A stretch of DNA of 64,000 nucleotides, taken from Mobula hypostoma (lineage: Eukaryota). How positions within the stretch are numbered: the stretch's first letter is position 1; every line of letters starts with the position of its first letter. The stretch spans positions 79,362,001-79,426,000 of the forward strand of contig NC_086108.1 of the NCBI RefSeq assembly GCF_963921235.1, written 5' to 3'. Shown here piece by piece: positions 42,400-54,170 of this stretch. A model generated the notes under the pieces. That model had not been told where the DNA came from, searched no databases, and was given only the letters and a program-made list of their open reading frames with translations. A program made the translations under genes and the position numbers.

Positions 42400-42995
42400 T
42401 CAAAAACTTAGACACATTTCTGTAGATACACAGTGGAGAATATCCTAACTGGTTGCATCACAGCCTGGTATAGAAACACCAGTTCCCAGGAACGGACAAG
42501 TCTACAGTAAATGATGAATATAGTCCGTCCATCACGTACAATGTCCTTCCCACTGTCGAGCATGTTTACATGGAGCACTGTCAGAAGAAAGCAGCATCCA
42601 TCATCAACAGCCCTCGCTATCCAGACCATGTTCTCTTCTCACTACAGTATTTCCATCATGCAGAAGCTGGAGAAGCCACAGGTCCCACACCACCAGGTTC
42701 AGCAGCAATTATTACCCTGATGTTATCAGGCTTCTGATCTGCAATGGATAACTTCACTCACCACAACTCTGAACTGATTGTACAACCTACAGACTACGTT
42801 TCAAGGACACTAAAACTCAAGTTCAGAGAATTATCATTTTCTTCTATTTGTACCATTTGTCTTTTGTACATTGGTTGCTTGTCAGTCTTTGTTTATGTAT
42901 AGTTCTTTGTAAATTATATTGTACTTTTTAATAAATGCCTGCAAGAAACTAAATCTCAAGGTAGGATATGGTAACATACACATACTTTGATAATA
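42400..42995 (+). mobile_element. Rex1/Babar-like LINE 3' portion
   Basis: YTVENILTGCITAWY motif and 3' UTR ending catactttgataata. Confidence 0.8.
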
Positions 42996-44559
42996 GTCAA
43001 TTGGTTATGGCGATTGATGCTTTTAAGTGAATACTATTCGTGTGTATTTCACACACACGTGTTTCACAAGTGCAAATCTGATATCCGGTCACCACAGGAT
43101 GCTCCACAAGCAAGTGAAATCCTGTGACCATCTGAGGTCTTAGCTATTGGGCTGGAGTGTTATCTCCAGTATTTTGCTTCTCCTTCTTTGTTCCTTTCAA
43201 CAAAGGGGGAGAAAATAGACCCACTTGTAACATGGATGGATGAGAGTGATTGAGCGTAAACCCACGGCATGAGCGTCACTGTGCACAGGTGGTTGATGAA
43301 GCACAGTAGGTGTGAGGAAGTGCATAAGATGGAGGATTACCTGCAAGATGGGACGTTTTGAGAAGTGTGCTAGAGTGGGCATAAGAGCAGACTGAAATGT
43401 GGGTGATGTTTGCATCAGCATTTATGTAACTGAACCAATGTATTTACTTTCCTGTCCTGCTTGGATTCTTTGCATTGCTTTTAGCATTGACTCCACGAAT
43501 AAGGCAGCTGAGCTCATGGACACACCTTCACTGTTTTATCTGCAACGACCTCCTTCCTCTTGTAGAGAGGAATCTGTCTCTGTGCCCCAGATTTGACCGC
43601 AACAGTAAATGCAAGAGATCTCACTGAGAAGTATTCTTCTAACCTCTTGCCGTTTTCCTAACTCCCAAGATTCATTAAACTGTATATTTTGGAACATTAC
43701 TTTAATTCTGATGGTGACTCAATATACAAAGTGTAGGTACTGGCCTGCTGGGTACTTTACACACTCTAGTAGCTGTTTATTAGTTCAGTACTACTAATAG
43801 CTCTGCAACCCCGTTAAAAGTGATGGATTTGGAACAGAGCTCAGAACTGGAATCTTAAAGGCATTATCAGGAATTAACAACAGTAATGGAGTTGTATTTC
43901 AACCACAGTTGGTAATGTCACGGCTCACTCTAAAAATATCAAGTTATTGTTTACCATCAATTTTCCCTTTGGTGCTTAGAGTAGGAAATATAATTTCTCA
44001 TTCCTTCCTCTCCTTGGGGTAGGAGTCTGAAGCTATTTAGAATGTTTAAGTTTTTAGGATTCATATTGGCAAAAAGTTTAGAGATTGTAATCTTAATTTT
44101 TGTCCCATTATTGTTTATTAATGTTTCTTTTGACATTCTTGAAAGCTGAAATGAGATTGTTTTCTCTGTGGGAATACTTGTAGAAAAATCTTGCACCACC
44201 AGATCGTGTGCATCATAGCGAGGTAGTTGCTGTGTGATCAGTGGTAGGCTTAATTCAGCAGCAGTTCAGAGTTTCCATGGGGTTCGTTTTATTATGGCAT
44301 ATTGGACAGGATCCAGAGACAACCCCTGGTTAGCTGCTATGTGCAGTTCTGCTGACTCTTGCTTCCAGGCATTGCAACATAGAGGTCAGAAACAAGCTGG
44401 AGGTCAGGTGCCCTTTGGGCTACCTGTTCTACCACTGGATTTGGTACTGAGCTCATGAATGGAGCACAAGGGCTTTTTGTCAGGTGTGGCTAGCATAGGT
44501 AGCATGGATCTATTGATTTGAATAGGATCACTGATCCTGATTGAAATGGTAAGTGTGCA

Positions 44560-44975
44560 TTCAGGGAAAAATCAAATCATGTTACTGGGATTAGAAGGCA
44601 TGAGAGACTGGATTGGCTGGGGCTTTATCCCTCTGGGGCATAGGGAGGCTGAGGAGTGAATTTGTAGAGACATATAATATCATGAAGCCATGAGTAGAGT
44701 GAATGGTCACGGTCATTTTTCCAAGCTAGATGAGTTTCAAACTGGAGCGCATAGGTTTAAGGTGAGAGGGGAAAGACTTGTAGGGAAGCCAGATGTGGAA
44801 ATACCTGAGAAATGGTAGAGGTGAAACAAATGCAGTATTTGGAAAGAGTTTCAGCAGGTACATGGATAGGAAAGGTTTGGAGAAATATGGGCCATGTGCA
44901 CTGGTACCTCAGGTGGGAAACTTTGTGGGCATGGGTAAGTTGGGTCCTATGGTCTATATCTCCGACTCAAATAAC
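44560..44975 (+). mobile_element. CR1 LINE 3' end, degenerate
   Basis: ggaggctgaggagtgaatttgtagag...gcgcataggtttaaggtgagagggg...caggtacatggataggaaaggtttgg. Confidence 0.7.
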
Positions 44976-45332
44976 AAGAATTAGGCTGATGTTAGAAATT
45001 GGGAATAAGCACATTAAATACTACAGCCACTTAGCAGGATTCGCTGCTTTAGCTGTCCCATAAAACAGAGCAGGCTGTAAGTGGCAACTCTGACAGTTAT
45101 TGACCTGAAAATGTTAACGCAGTTTCTCTTTACGCAGATGTTGCCTGATCTCCTGAGTGTTTCATTTGTATTAAATAAAATGCGTAACTTTATCTTTATT
45201 GTTTTAAATCATTTTTAGCACTTAAAATGATATGGTGCAGTTAATAGAGCCGTGACTTCACAGCACCAGAGACCCAAGCATCAAAGTTGCTGGTGAACGC
45301 AGCAGGCCAGGCAGCATCTGTAGGAAGAGGTG

Positions 45333-45370
45333 CAGTCGACGTTTCAGGCCGAGACCCTTCGTCAGGACTA
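45333..45370 (-). ncRNA. Minimal type I hammerhead ribozyme motif (mirror copy)
   Basis: Exact reverse complement of 45390-45427 in the left arm. Confidence 0.75.
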
Positions 45371-45389
45371 ACTGAAGGAAGAGTTCAGT

Positions 45390-45427
45390 TAGTCCTGACG
45401 AAGGGTCTCGGCCTGAAACGTCGACTG
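45390..45427 (+). ncRNA. Minimal type I hammerhead ribozyme motif
   Basis: Stem I UAGUC(45390-94)/GACUG(45423-27), core CUGACGA (45395-401), stem II AGG/CCU around GUCUCGG, GAAA (45415-18), then CGUC with predicted cleavage after C45422. Helix III is reduced to the self-complementary ACGU. Confidence 0.75.
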
Positions 45428-45898
45428 CACCTCTTCCTACAGATGCTGCCTGGCCTGCTGCGTTCACCAGCAACTTTGATGTGTGTTGCTTGAATTTCCA
45501 GCATCTGCAGAATTCCTGTTGTTTACCAGAGACCCAAGTTTGATTCTGAGCTCTGTGTGGAGTTTGCACATTTTTCCTTGTGGGCTTCCTCTTGTGCTCT
45601 GGTTCCCTCTCACATCCCAAAGATACGTGTGTTGGCAGGTTAATTAGATACTATAAATTGTGAGTGATTATCGCTGTTTGAATCTGCCTCATACCCATGA
45701 GTACCTCAGCTCACCCCAGGAGGTAGGACCTCGAAGCACAAAGTGCTGAGATTGGTTGTATTGCATCCATGTCACTTGCCAATTATAAGCCACCTAGGCT
45801 CAAATTATGCTTCGACTCTGATCTCAAATTTAAAGTTAATTTTTGAATAAATCTTTTGTGTCATCTTGGGGAAGGCGACAGCACATTCTATGGAAATA

Positions 45899-46306
45899 CA
45901 CTCATTGGCCGCTTTATTAGGTACACCCGAACACCTTGTTAATGCAAATATTTAATCAGCCCATCATGTGGCAGCAATTCAATGAAATAAAAGCAGGCAG
46001 GCATGGCCAAGAGGATCAGTTGTTGTTCAGACCAAACATCAGAATGGGGAAGAAATGTGATCTAAGTGACTTTGACTGTGGAATGATTGTTGGTACCAGA
46101 TGGGGTGGTATGAGTTTCTCAGAATCTGCTGATCTCCTGGGATTTTCATGTACAACAGTCTATAGAGATTACAAAAAAAATGGTGTAAAAATACAAAAAA
46201 AAATCCAGTGAGCAGCAGTTCTGTGAGCGACAATGTCTTGCTTACAAGAGAGGTCAGAGGAGAATGACTAGACTGGATCAAGCTGACGGGAAGGTAACAG
46301 TAACTC
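45899..46306 (+). mobile_element. Tc1/mariner DNA transposon 5' fragment
   Basis: TA followed by TIR-like CACTCATTGGCCGCTTTATTAGGTACACC. From 46044, MGKKCDLSDFDCGMIVGTRWGGMSFSESADLLGFSCTTVYRDY resembles a Tc1 N-terminal HTH, then frameshifts. Confidence 0.8.
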
Positions 46307-47219
46307 AAGAAATGTGATTAAGTAATTTGTTGTGCTGTTGATCTGGCATCTGCTAAATTGTTTTCAGACCTTTCCACCTATTTTTACATTGTTTATCCTC
46401 AAAACTTGTTTTTATTGCCTTAGTTCATTGAAATACCTTTGTAATATACAGTGACATTGCTTTGCTTGCTTCTGATTGTATAGATTTTGCAATTTGAAGC
46501 AGAGTGCAGCCTTAATTTTTAACAGAAATTGTTAGTGTTGAGGTAAATGCAGTATAAAAAGTGATCTTTTGAATTAAGTTCAAACATTTAATATTCTGTT
46601 TTAATAACGGCCTTGGATGATTTCATTTCAGAAGTGCTTTGCATCATTTGGTAAGACCCATTGGGGGAAATGAACCTGATGTGGCAACAAATGCTGAATT
46701 AGTAAACGCATGAACTTGGGCTCCCCGTTGATAGCTGATTGTACTCCTGATATTTAGCTTCCTCCTACTCTAGTACTAACCTGTTGCAGTGATGTTAATA
46801 ATGCTGAACACTTGAACTTTTTTTTAACAGAAGAGATCTTCTGACATTGGAGCTATATTTTTAAAACTACTTCAGTACCAAATAGCAATGTGGAATGAGA
46901 ATTAGATTTATTAAAGGCCAGTGATCCTGCTATCATTTGTGTTCACATCAGAAGTTAATGTAAGGACGTTCGCTGCTTGAAGATTGTAGCCCAAGGAAAT
47001 GTGAAATTGCTTCCTCCTTGCATTTCTTTCCAGTTAATTTGTCGTCAAGGATGATTTATTAAATGTTACACAACTTGATCTACTCTTAATCTGGCTACCT
47101 TTTCTTGATGATTTGAGACTACTGCAAATTTTCTGCAGCTACTGTTAAAGGTAGAGTGTGAACATGTGCAGGTTTGAACGGTGAAACTATTTTTTATTAG
47201 ACAAATAGATCTGTATTGC

Positions 47220-47422
47220 CAGCTGGTGGTGTCGTGGCATCCGCACCAGCCTTCAACACAAGTGATCCCGGGTTCAAATCCAGCCGTCTCCTTGCACGCT
47301 GTCCTTCCTTGCTGTGTTGAGCATTAAGCTAGCAACTTGGCCTCGTTAAAAAACAAACAGATGTGAAAAGAACCGACAAGGTTGGTTCCCGATGCGCCAC
47401 ATGATGTGGAAAGGAACAACAA
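47220..47422 (+). mobile_element. tRNA-derived SINE
   Basis: A-box-like TGGTGTCGTGG and B-box GGTTCAAATCC at tRNA spacing, followed by a non-tRNA body and an (aac)n tail. Confidence 0.65.
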
Positions 47423-48047
47423 ATAAATCTGTTGACTCTTAGGGCATTAGGTTGGAAGGGCTTGTGATACATGCTTTTTTTTTGCAGTATTTCTCATCAT
47501 GTCTTCTCTTGTCTACTGTGATGATCATTTCTGATAATCATCTCCTCATGCCTTTTATAGCTCAGCTTGTACTTGATATATTTCTCCTTTACTCAATTAT
47601 CTTTTTGTTCAGAGCATTTTCTGATTTTAATGAAAGGCACTGTCTAAGTTGATGTGCCTTTTGATAAGCCCTGTGCCTGCTGGGCTGAGTATTTCTCTAT
47701 GATCTTCCTTTTGTTTTTCGATAATGTTCTTGTACTCTTTTTGCTACAATTGCCAAAGTGTTCTTTTAGAGTTGAGGTGCAAATAGGGGCAGTAGGATGT
47801 ATAATTGGTAATAAATATATGGTATTATTTTAATTCTTGGGAATAAGAAGAAAGCTTTATTTTCTTATCAGCTCAGATCTGTTTTTATTGTGCTTTATCT
47901 GGTTTAGTATTACTCATATCACTGGCTTGCTACTGTGTGGGGGATTCTGCAACTGCATGTATCTCACCAGTTCCTTTGCGACCAAAGCAGTGACTGATTA
48001 TTGTAAATACTTGCGTAATCTGTCTTCTTTTACATACACCCCCTTAA

Positions 48048-48547
48048 AAGCTGATATATACTTGTGTGTCAAATGGACGCCGTAACCTACGCAAGTGGCC
48101 TACACGCGTTGTGAGCATTGTGTGTCTGCGTCGCTCTGCAACTCTGGCACGTCGCACATGTGCACGCACCTGCCCGCGCAAGGCTTCATGGTCATGGTAG
48201 CCTGTCTCGGGGTAAACAAGTTTAGAGCGTGCATCTTTTTTTGTAAAAGCCAAATGTGTCCTCCATCATTTCAGAGGTCTGTAAAGCTTTATGGAAAGCA
48301 TTGCAGCCGGAGTTCCTTCCCTGCTCTTCATTTGCCCAATGGGAAGCTATTGCAGCGTAGGAGGAAATGCAATGCTACCAGACAAATCAATCACAGTTGT
48401 TGGGGTCTGCGTTGCTGCGACGCGCAGTTACATTTTGGGAGAGGTGTGTGTCAGGCTACGGCGTAGGGATCCGCGTAGCGACTGTGTAGGGTTCGCGACG
48501 ATACTGTACTTACGATGTCGAGTTGATGCACAAGTATAAATCAGCTT
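48048..48547 (+). mobile_element. PIF/Harbinger non-autonomous element, same family as 8590-9319
   Basis: TIRs AAGCTGATATATACTTGTGTGTC / GATGCACAAGTATAAATCAGCTT, TAA on both flanks (48045-47, 48548-50). The 3' half closely matches 9055-9319. Confidence 0.85.
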
Positions 48548-50724
48548 TAAGTGTGTATCCGTCCTGCAATGACTGAAGCAATTGACAATATCAGTGCTAA
48601 GTTTAGTTAATTGATAACCTACATGAAACAAATATAGTAACTCTTACTTGTAACATCATCGTACTGGAATGAATCCAGGCATACAGTTTTAAACGTGCAA
48701 CGTAATGCTGGTATCATTAGACCTTCCAGGGTGGTGAACATTTTTACTTCTCCACCCCACTTTATCTACTTCCACAAACAGATTGCTTCCTTTTCGGGGA
48801 GCATTGATCCTGCAGGGTTAATGTCTGAATAGAACAGTTGAACATTAGTCGTTGAATTTTATTCAAAATCTGAAACTATAATATCATAAAGATAAATGGC
48901 TCCTGACCATTAGACCCTGCTTTGTTATTCATCTAGTTCACGGATGATTTTCTACCCCAGGGCCATCCCCATGTCCTTTAATCCCTTTGCAAAACACAAC
49001 AGCTGACTTTCTAGTCATCCAGGGTTGAAAATTCCAAATTTTCACCACCCTGTGTGAAGACATTTGTCATTTTGATCTTGAACAGCCTACCCCATATGGT
49101 GCAACTGTGCCCCCAGTCATGGATCCTCAGTCAGAGGGAGCAGCGTCCCTTCATTTAACCTGTCCAGATAGTTGTCTTCATGCACTTCAGCACAGGAGCA
49201 GGAGTAGGCCATTTGGGCTGCTCATGCTTGCTTCATATTTCAGTAAGATCATGGCTGATCTGTCACCTCAGTGCTTATCCTTTCATTCTCTTAATATTAG
49301 GAAACCTTTTGATCTCTACTTTGAATGAACTTTCGGTCCCCTGGTTAAAGAATTCCATAGGTTGACATTCCTCTGACTGAAGAAATTTCTCTGTGACTTC
49401 GTCGTTGCAGTCTTAAACAGGCTGCCGTATTCTGAGACTGTGATCCCAAGTTCTCTACTCTTCTGATGTCTGCCCTGCATCTACCTTTGTAAGATTTTTC
49501 ATGACTTTCAATTAAATCTTCCTTCTGTTTTGAATCTCCTAGTTCAACTTAACTCTGTAGGTGCAATGTAAAGATGAGACTTTTTGAGAAGGGAGATTCA
49601 CTTCAAAGTATGATCAGAGTATAACCTGCTTTTGTCATTTCACAGAGAAGTGCTGCAGCTGTCGGTGGATGTTGCCTGAGCAAGGTTTAATTGACGTAGT
49701 TTGTGGATTGGACCGTAGATCACATTATGATGTGTTTTCTGGTGTCTGGTCGCTCCTTTTTCTGTTGCTATTTTTGGGTGATTTTGTATCGAGCCGGCCT
49801 GCGCATAATGAACGCTGAGCTGAACTGAATATGGGCTCTTTCGTTTTTGTGTTTTGTATTCTGTATTCTCTCTCGTTCTTTTTTGTTGCCGTTTGTGCGA
49901 TTTGTTTTTTGTGTGTGGAGGATGTTTTTCTTTGAACAGGTTCCATGGCTGTCTGTGGGGAAGACTACTCTTGGGTTGTATACTGCATACATACTTTGAC
50001 AATAAATGTACTTTGAATCTTTGAAAGCACTTTGCAGTTCTTTCCACCATGCATTGTACCAACCATAAACACCATTAATTTAGCTGAAGCTGAAACATGA
50101 GCTGCAGAAATCTGACAGGAAGGCGAGGGAGCAAAGAGCAGAAAAGACATTTGTTTTACAGATTTATAGGAGATCTTTAGTTGCCATTTTTATGACATGA
50201 GGGAGTTTTAAACCTAAGCTTATTTCATAAAGATCCATTTTAAAAATGTGAATCACCAAGGCTTTAAGTAAAATTATCTGAGGAATATATCTTTAGGAAT
50301 GTTGAGAAAACTGCATTTGGAAACAAAGAAGTGAACTTTGGTTGATAAGACTAAGAACTTAAGTACTATTTAACTTCCAGCTTCCTTGCTGCACAGCAGC
50401 TTATGCAAAATATACCTTTCAGCTAGGTTCAGAGAAATTATCAAATCATCCAAACTTTGTACCATGATTAGAGTTATTTTGCAAATACAATCCAGGGGTA
50501 AAGTACGGTTGTTCTAAGGATGATCTGTAGTGCTTAATTTGTCCAGTACTCTTAATCTTTGTTTTATCAGCAGTGGCAGCAGTGTTCATCAATGACTTTG
50601 TGGTTTTAGCACAGTTAAAAGACATGCACTCTTATTTCTTCAGTGACTTGTTGAACTTGAGTGGAAATTTTGAGTCAGGGCCATAGCCTTGCATTATGGT
50701 TGTGGTTTGCTAATAACTTAATTA

Positions 50725-50990
50725 TTTGCTTAGTGATATAGCGTGGAATAGGCCCTCCTTCTAGTCGTGCCACTTCAAAAACCCCTATTTGACCCTAATC
50801 TAATCACAGGACAACTTGCAATGACCAATTAACCTACCCAGTGTGCCTTTGGACTGGGAGGAAACCGGTCCAAGCGCCTGGAGAAAACCAATGCATTCCA
50901 CAGGGAGGACATACAAGACTCCTTACAAAAGACACTGGAATTAAACTCCCAAGTTCTGACGCCCTGAGCTGTAATATCGTCATGCTAACT
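50725..50990 (-). mobile_element. V-SINE/HE1-like SINE
   Basis: tgaccaattaacctacc...ctttggactgggaggaaaccgg...ggagaaaacc...ggacatacaagactccttaca, the reverse V-domain. Confidence 0.7.
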
Positions 50991-51389
50991 GCTTCCAGCT
51001 CTTGGCCTCTGGATTCCATAATCTGAATTTTTATCATATTATTTTTCTAAAGACCTCAATGAATTTTGACTAAGCTGCTAGAGTTGGCCAGGGAGTGATC
51101 GGTAAATTAGTCACTTGTAGGTATAAATACAATGATAGGGCACAGAGCTTTTTCAGCAGTGTTCTGAAATTCTGTTTTCTGCCTTGGCCTCCCCACTCAG
51201 AATTACTTGCCTACCATGATAGAATGGCAGGGCAGACTCAGTGGGCCAAATGGCCTACACTGCTGCTGTGACTTATGACATTATGGAACTTCATCCAGAT
51301 GGGAGAACCGAGGTGCGTCATCCCCTGTTTGAACCTTTCCTGCATCCCCTCCTGCCCAAAGGAATATCATCTGCCAATATCATTGTGGG

Positions 51390-51705
51390 GTTGAGAATAG
51401 ATAATGAGAGGTGACAGCAGGTAAGTTCAGAGGAGATATGTGGGTCAAGTACTCTTTGTACAGAGGAGTGGGTTCCTGGAATGTACTGTCTGAGGTGGTA
51501 GTGGAGGCAAATACAACAAGGGTGTTTAAGATGCTGTCAGTTAAGTTCATGAAAGAGCAGAGAATGGGGCAATATGGACATTATGCAGGCAGAAGGAATT
51601 AGTGTAGGTGAGCATTTAATTACTAGTTTAATTACTAATTTAATGCAGCACAACATTGTGTGCTGACGGTCCTGTTCCTGTACTGTACTGTTCTATGTTC
51701 TATGG
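51390..51705 (+). mobile_element. CR1 LINE 3' end
   Basis: GKFRGD...VGSWNVLSEVVVEANT and tail tgttctatgttctatg. Confidence 0.75.
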
Positions 51706-52494
51706 TCCTCGTTGAAGATAATGTTTATCAAAGGCATTGCGTTCCGTGCTTCCTTTAGTAAGTAAATAAGTTGAAATATTGCACTGAAAGGTAGATTGCA
51801 GCATAAAAGCAAAGAAAAATTTTAGCATATTATGACTGTTCTTTAATCTTTCATTAAGGGTGTCATTCTTTTGATTTTAAGATTCATTTTAATTTGCTAA
51901 CTTAGTCGATTTTCCCCACGTTTGGGCCTGATAAAATGTGCTTTTGTTTGACTCTGTGACCGTAAGCTATCAAATCATTACAAGACTATTATATTTTAAA
52001 ATGTTATTCCTTTCTGTTTTTCCTTGCCGTACCCTACCCATTTACATTGCTCTCTGCTTTCTTTGCCCGAAACCTTATTCAGTGTATACATATTTGTTGA
52101 TCTGGAACTTTATGGTTTGCTTTAGGATTTTCGTTTGCTATTCCTGCTTTGTAAATGGAAGTTCAAAATTGTGAAAAATTTCTTGGTGATTTCAAGATGT
52201 GAGTTAAATTTCGGTATGGAGAGAAGAGAGATCACCAACAATTATTACGTATAATCGTTGTGTACTTATTGGTGGTATTCAGCTTAAAATAAAAGAAAAA
52301 GACTGTGCAAATCATCTTGACTTATTAGGTCCTTCACAAGAACACAAAAGAAGGTGAAAATTGGAGCAGAGTTAAGTAATCAGGCCATTCAAGCCTGCCC
52401 CACCATTTAATATGATCATGGCTGACCTATGCTGGCCTCAACTCCTCTTCTGCCATTTTTCCCTACTCCACTCTTCCTTGTTCTAGCAAATACT

Positions 52495-54000
52495 TGTACA
52501 CCTCCAGTTCAGAGGAGACGAGTCTTGGAGCAATCATTTGGCTGTTAGGATAGTGGCATGCTCCTCCTGCAGGATGTGGTTGCTCTGGGAGACTTCCAGA
52601 GTCACACCTAAGGTACAAGCAGAAAGGAAAGGGGAGTAGGCGGGTAGTGCAAGATTCGCCTGTAGCCGTTCCCCTCAAAAACAAGTATAGTGTTGTGGGA
52701 GAATGCGCCCCCTTCACCATTTCCCCTCTCACCTTATCTCCTTGCCTGCCCATCACATCCATCTGGTGCTTCCCCCCTCTTTTCTTTCCTGACCTTCTGT
52801 CCTCTCCTATCAGATCCCCCCCTCCCGCCTCCATCCTGTATCTCTTTTACCAATCAACTTCCAGGCTCTTTATTTCATCCCTCCCCCTTCAGGTTTCACT
52901 TTTCACCTGATGTTTCTCTTTCCCCTCTCCCCACCGTTTAAACCTACTCCTCAGCTTTTTCTCCAGTCCTGCTGAAGGGTCTTGGCTGGAAACATCGACT
53001 GTACTCTTTGTTGCTTGGATTTCCAACATCTGCAGATTTTCTCTTGTATAGTGTTACGGGACTAGCTGGGCGGGTTTCAGTTCCGGGGAAGGCAGCAGTA
53101 GCCTGGTTTGCTTCATCTTTAGCCAAAGGTGAGATGTCCCTTGTTAGTCATCTGTATCAATGTACAAGGCATGGTTAGTAAATGTGCAGATGACCGTATA
53201 GTGGACAGCAAAGAAGGTGTCTTCTTACAGGGCACTTTGATCAGCTGAGGAAGTTGGCCAAGGAATGACAAATGGAGTTTAATTTGGATAAGTGTGAGAT
53301 GTTGCATTTTGGAAAATAAAATTCAGGTAGAAGTTTCACAGTGACTGACAGGTCCATGGGGAGTACTGTAGCACAAAGGGACCTTGGAGTACAAGTGCAT
53401 AATTTCCTTTAAACCGAGTCCCAGGTGGACAGGAGGGTGAAGAAGGTCTTCATAAGTGAGGGCACTGTGTATAAAATATGGAGGTCATGGTATCACTGAT
53501 GGGATCTTACCTGGAATATTGCGCTCAGGTTTGTTTTGCCCTACCATTGGAAGATGTTAGTAAACTAGAAAGAGTGCAGAAACAATTTCCAAGGATGATC
53601 GAGGGACTGAGTTGCAGGGAGAAGATGGACAGGCTCGGACATTATGCTTTAGCGTGTAGGAGAGTAAGAGGTTTTCTTATGGTGTATAAAATCATGAGGG
53701 TGATGGACAGGGTGAATGCACTTGTTCCCAGAGTTGGAATATTAAGAACTAGAGGATATAGATTTAAGATAGACTTGATTGGCAACTTCTTACACAAAGG
53801 GTGGTATCAATGTGGAAACAGTTGCTAGAGGAAGTGGTTAAGGCAGGTACAATAATAACTTTTGAAAGATATTTGCACAGGTATATGGATTGGAAAGGTT
53901 TAGAAGATTATGGGTCAGATGCTGTCAAAAAGTACTAGGCATCTTGGTTGGCATGGAGTCAAAGGGCCTTTTTGTGTGCATTTTGACTCTCTGACTCTAA
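52495..54000 (+). mobile_element. Internally deleted CR1 LINE (ORF1 remnant plus RT 3' portion)
   Basis: ORF1-like CSSCRMW and VQDSPVAVPLKNKYSV at 52555-52694. RT remnants at 53130-53900 (YLEYCAQV, KLERVQKQFPRMI). Tail tgactctctgactcta. Confidence 0.75.
52695..53045 (+). mobile_element. Penelope-like 3' UTR fragment with mutated hammerhead and 10-bp TSD
   Basis: GTATAGTGTT at 52685-52694 and 53046-53055. Pyrimidine-rich body, then CAGTC-CTGCTGA-AGGGTCTTGGCTG-GAAA-CATC-GACTG at 52964-53001. Confidence 0.8.
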
Positions 54001-54044
54001 GCATTGCCCTGCCAAAATGAACAGGATGAATGTAAAAACAAAAG

Positions 54045-54170
54045 ATTGAGCAGATGCTGGAAATCCAGAGCAAAACACACAAAATGTTGAAGGAACTCAT
54101 CAGGTCAGGCAGTATCTATGGAAATGAATAAACATTTGACATTTCGAGCTGAGATCCTTTATCATGACCC
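54045..54170 (-). mobile_element. Penelope-derived terminal repeat (hammerhead family), degenerate
   Basis: gcagatgctggaaatccagagcaaaacacacaaaatgttgaaggaactcatcaggtcaggcag...ttgacatttcgagctgagatcctttatcatgac. Confidence 0.7.

Larger units (their letters stand above)
45279..45524. mobile_element. Young non-coding palindromic Penelope-derived retroelement with 14-bp TSD
   Basis: Perfect 98-bp inverted arms (45279-45376, 45384-45481), 7-nt loop GGAAGAG, 43-bp unpaired tail. ACCAGAGACCCAAG at 45265-45278 and 45525-45538. Confidence 0.9.
45230..45660 (+). mobile_element. V-SINE/HE1-like SINE interrupted by the hammerhead hairpin element
   Basis: tRNA-like head tggtgcagttaatagagc...cacagcaccagagacccaag|tttgattc, then V core tgtgtggagtttgcacatt...ggcttcctcttgtgctctggttccctctcacatcccaaagatacg...ggcaggttaatt. 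Confidence 0.75.

Noticed and set aside
45279..45481. Canonical pre-miRNA or DNA-transposon MITE
   Set aside because: The stem is too long and perfect for a typical pre-miRNA. The one-sided tail and variable TSD lengths across copies do not fit a DDE MITE.
45258..45620. Near-identical ORFs on both strands (45287..45493 plus, 45258..45620 minus)
   Set aside because: A by-product of the DNA palindrome, with no protein motif.
47220..47295. tRNA gene
   Set aside because: A and B boxes are present, but there is no convincing cloverleaf or adjacent poly-T terminator, and it continues into a SINE body.
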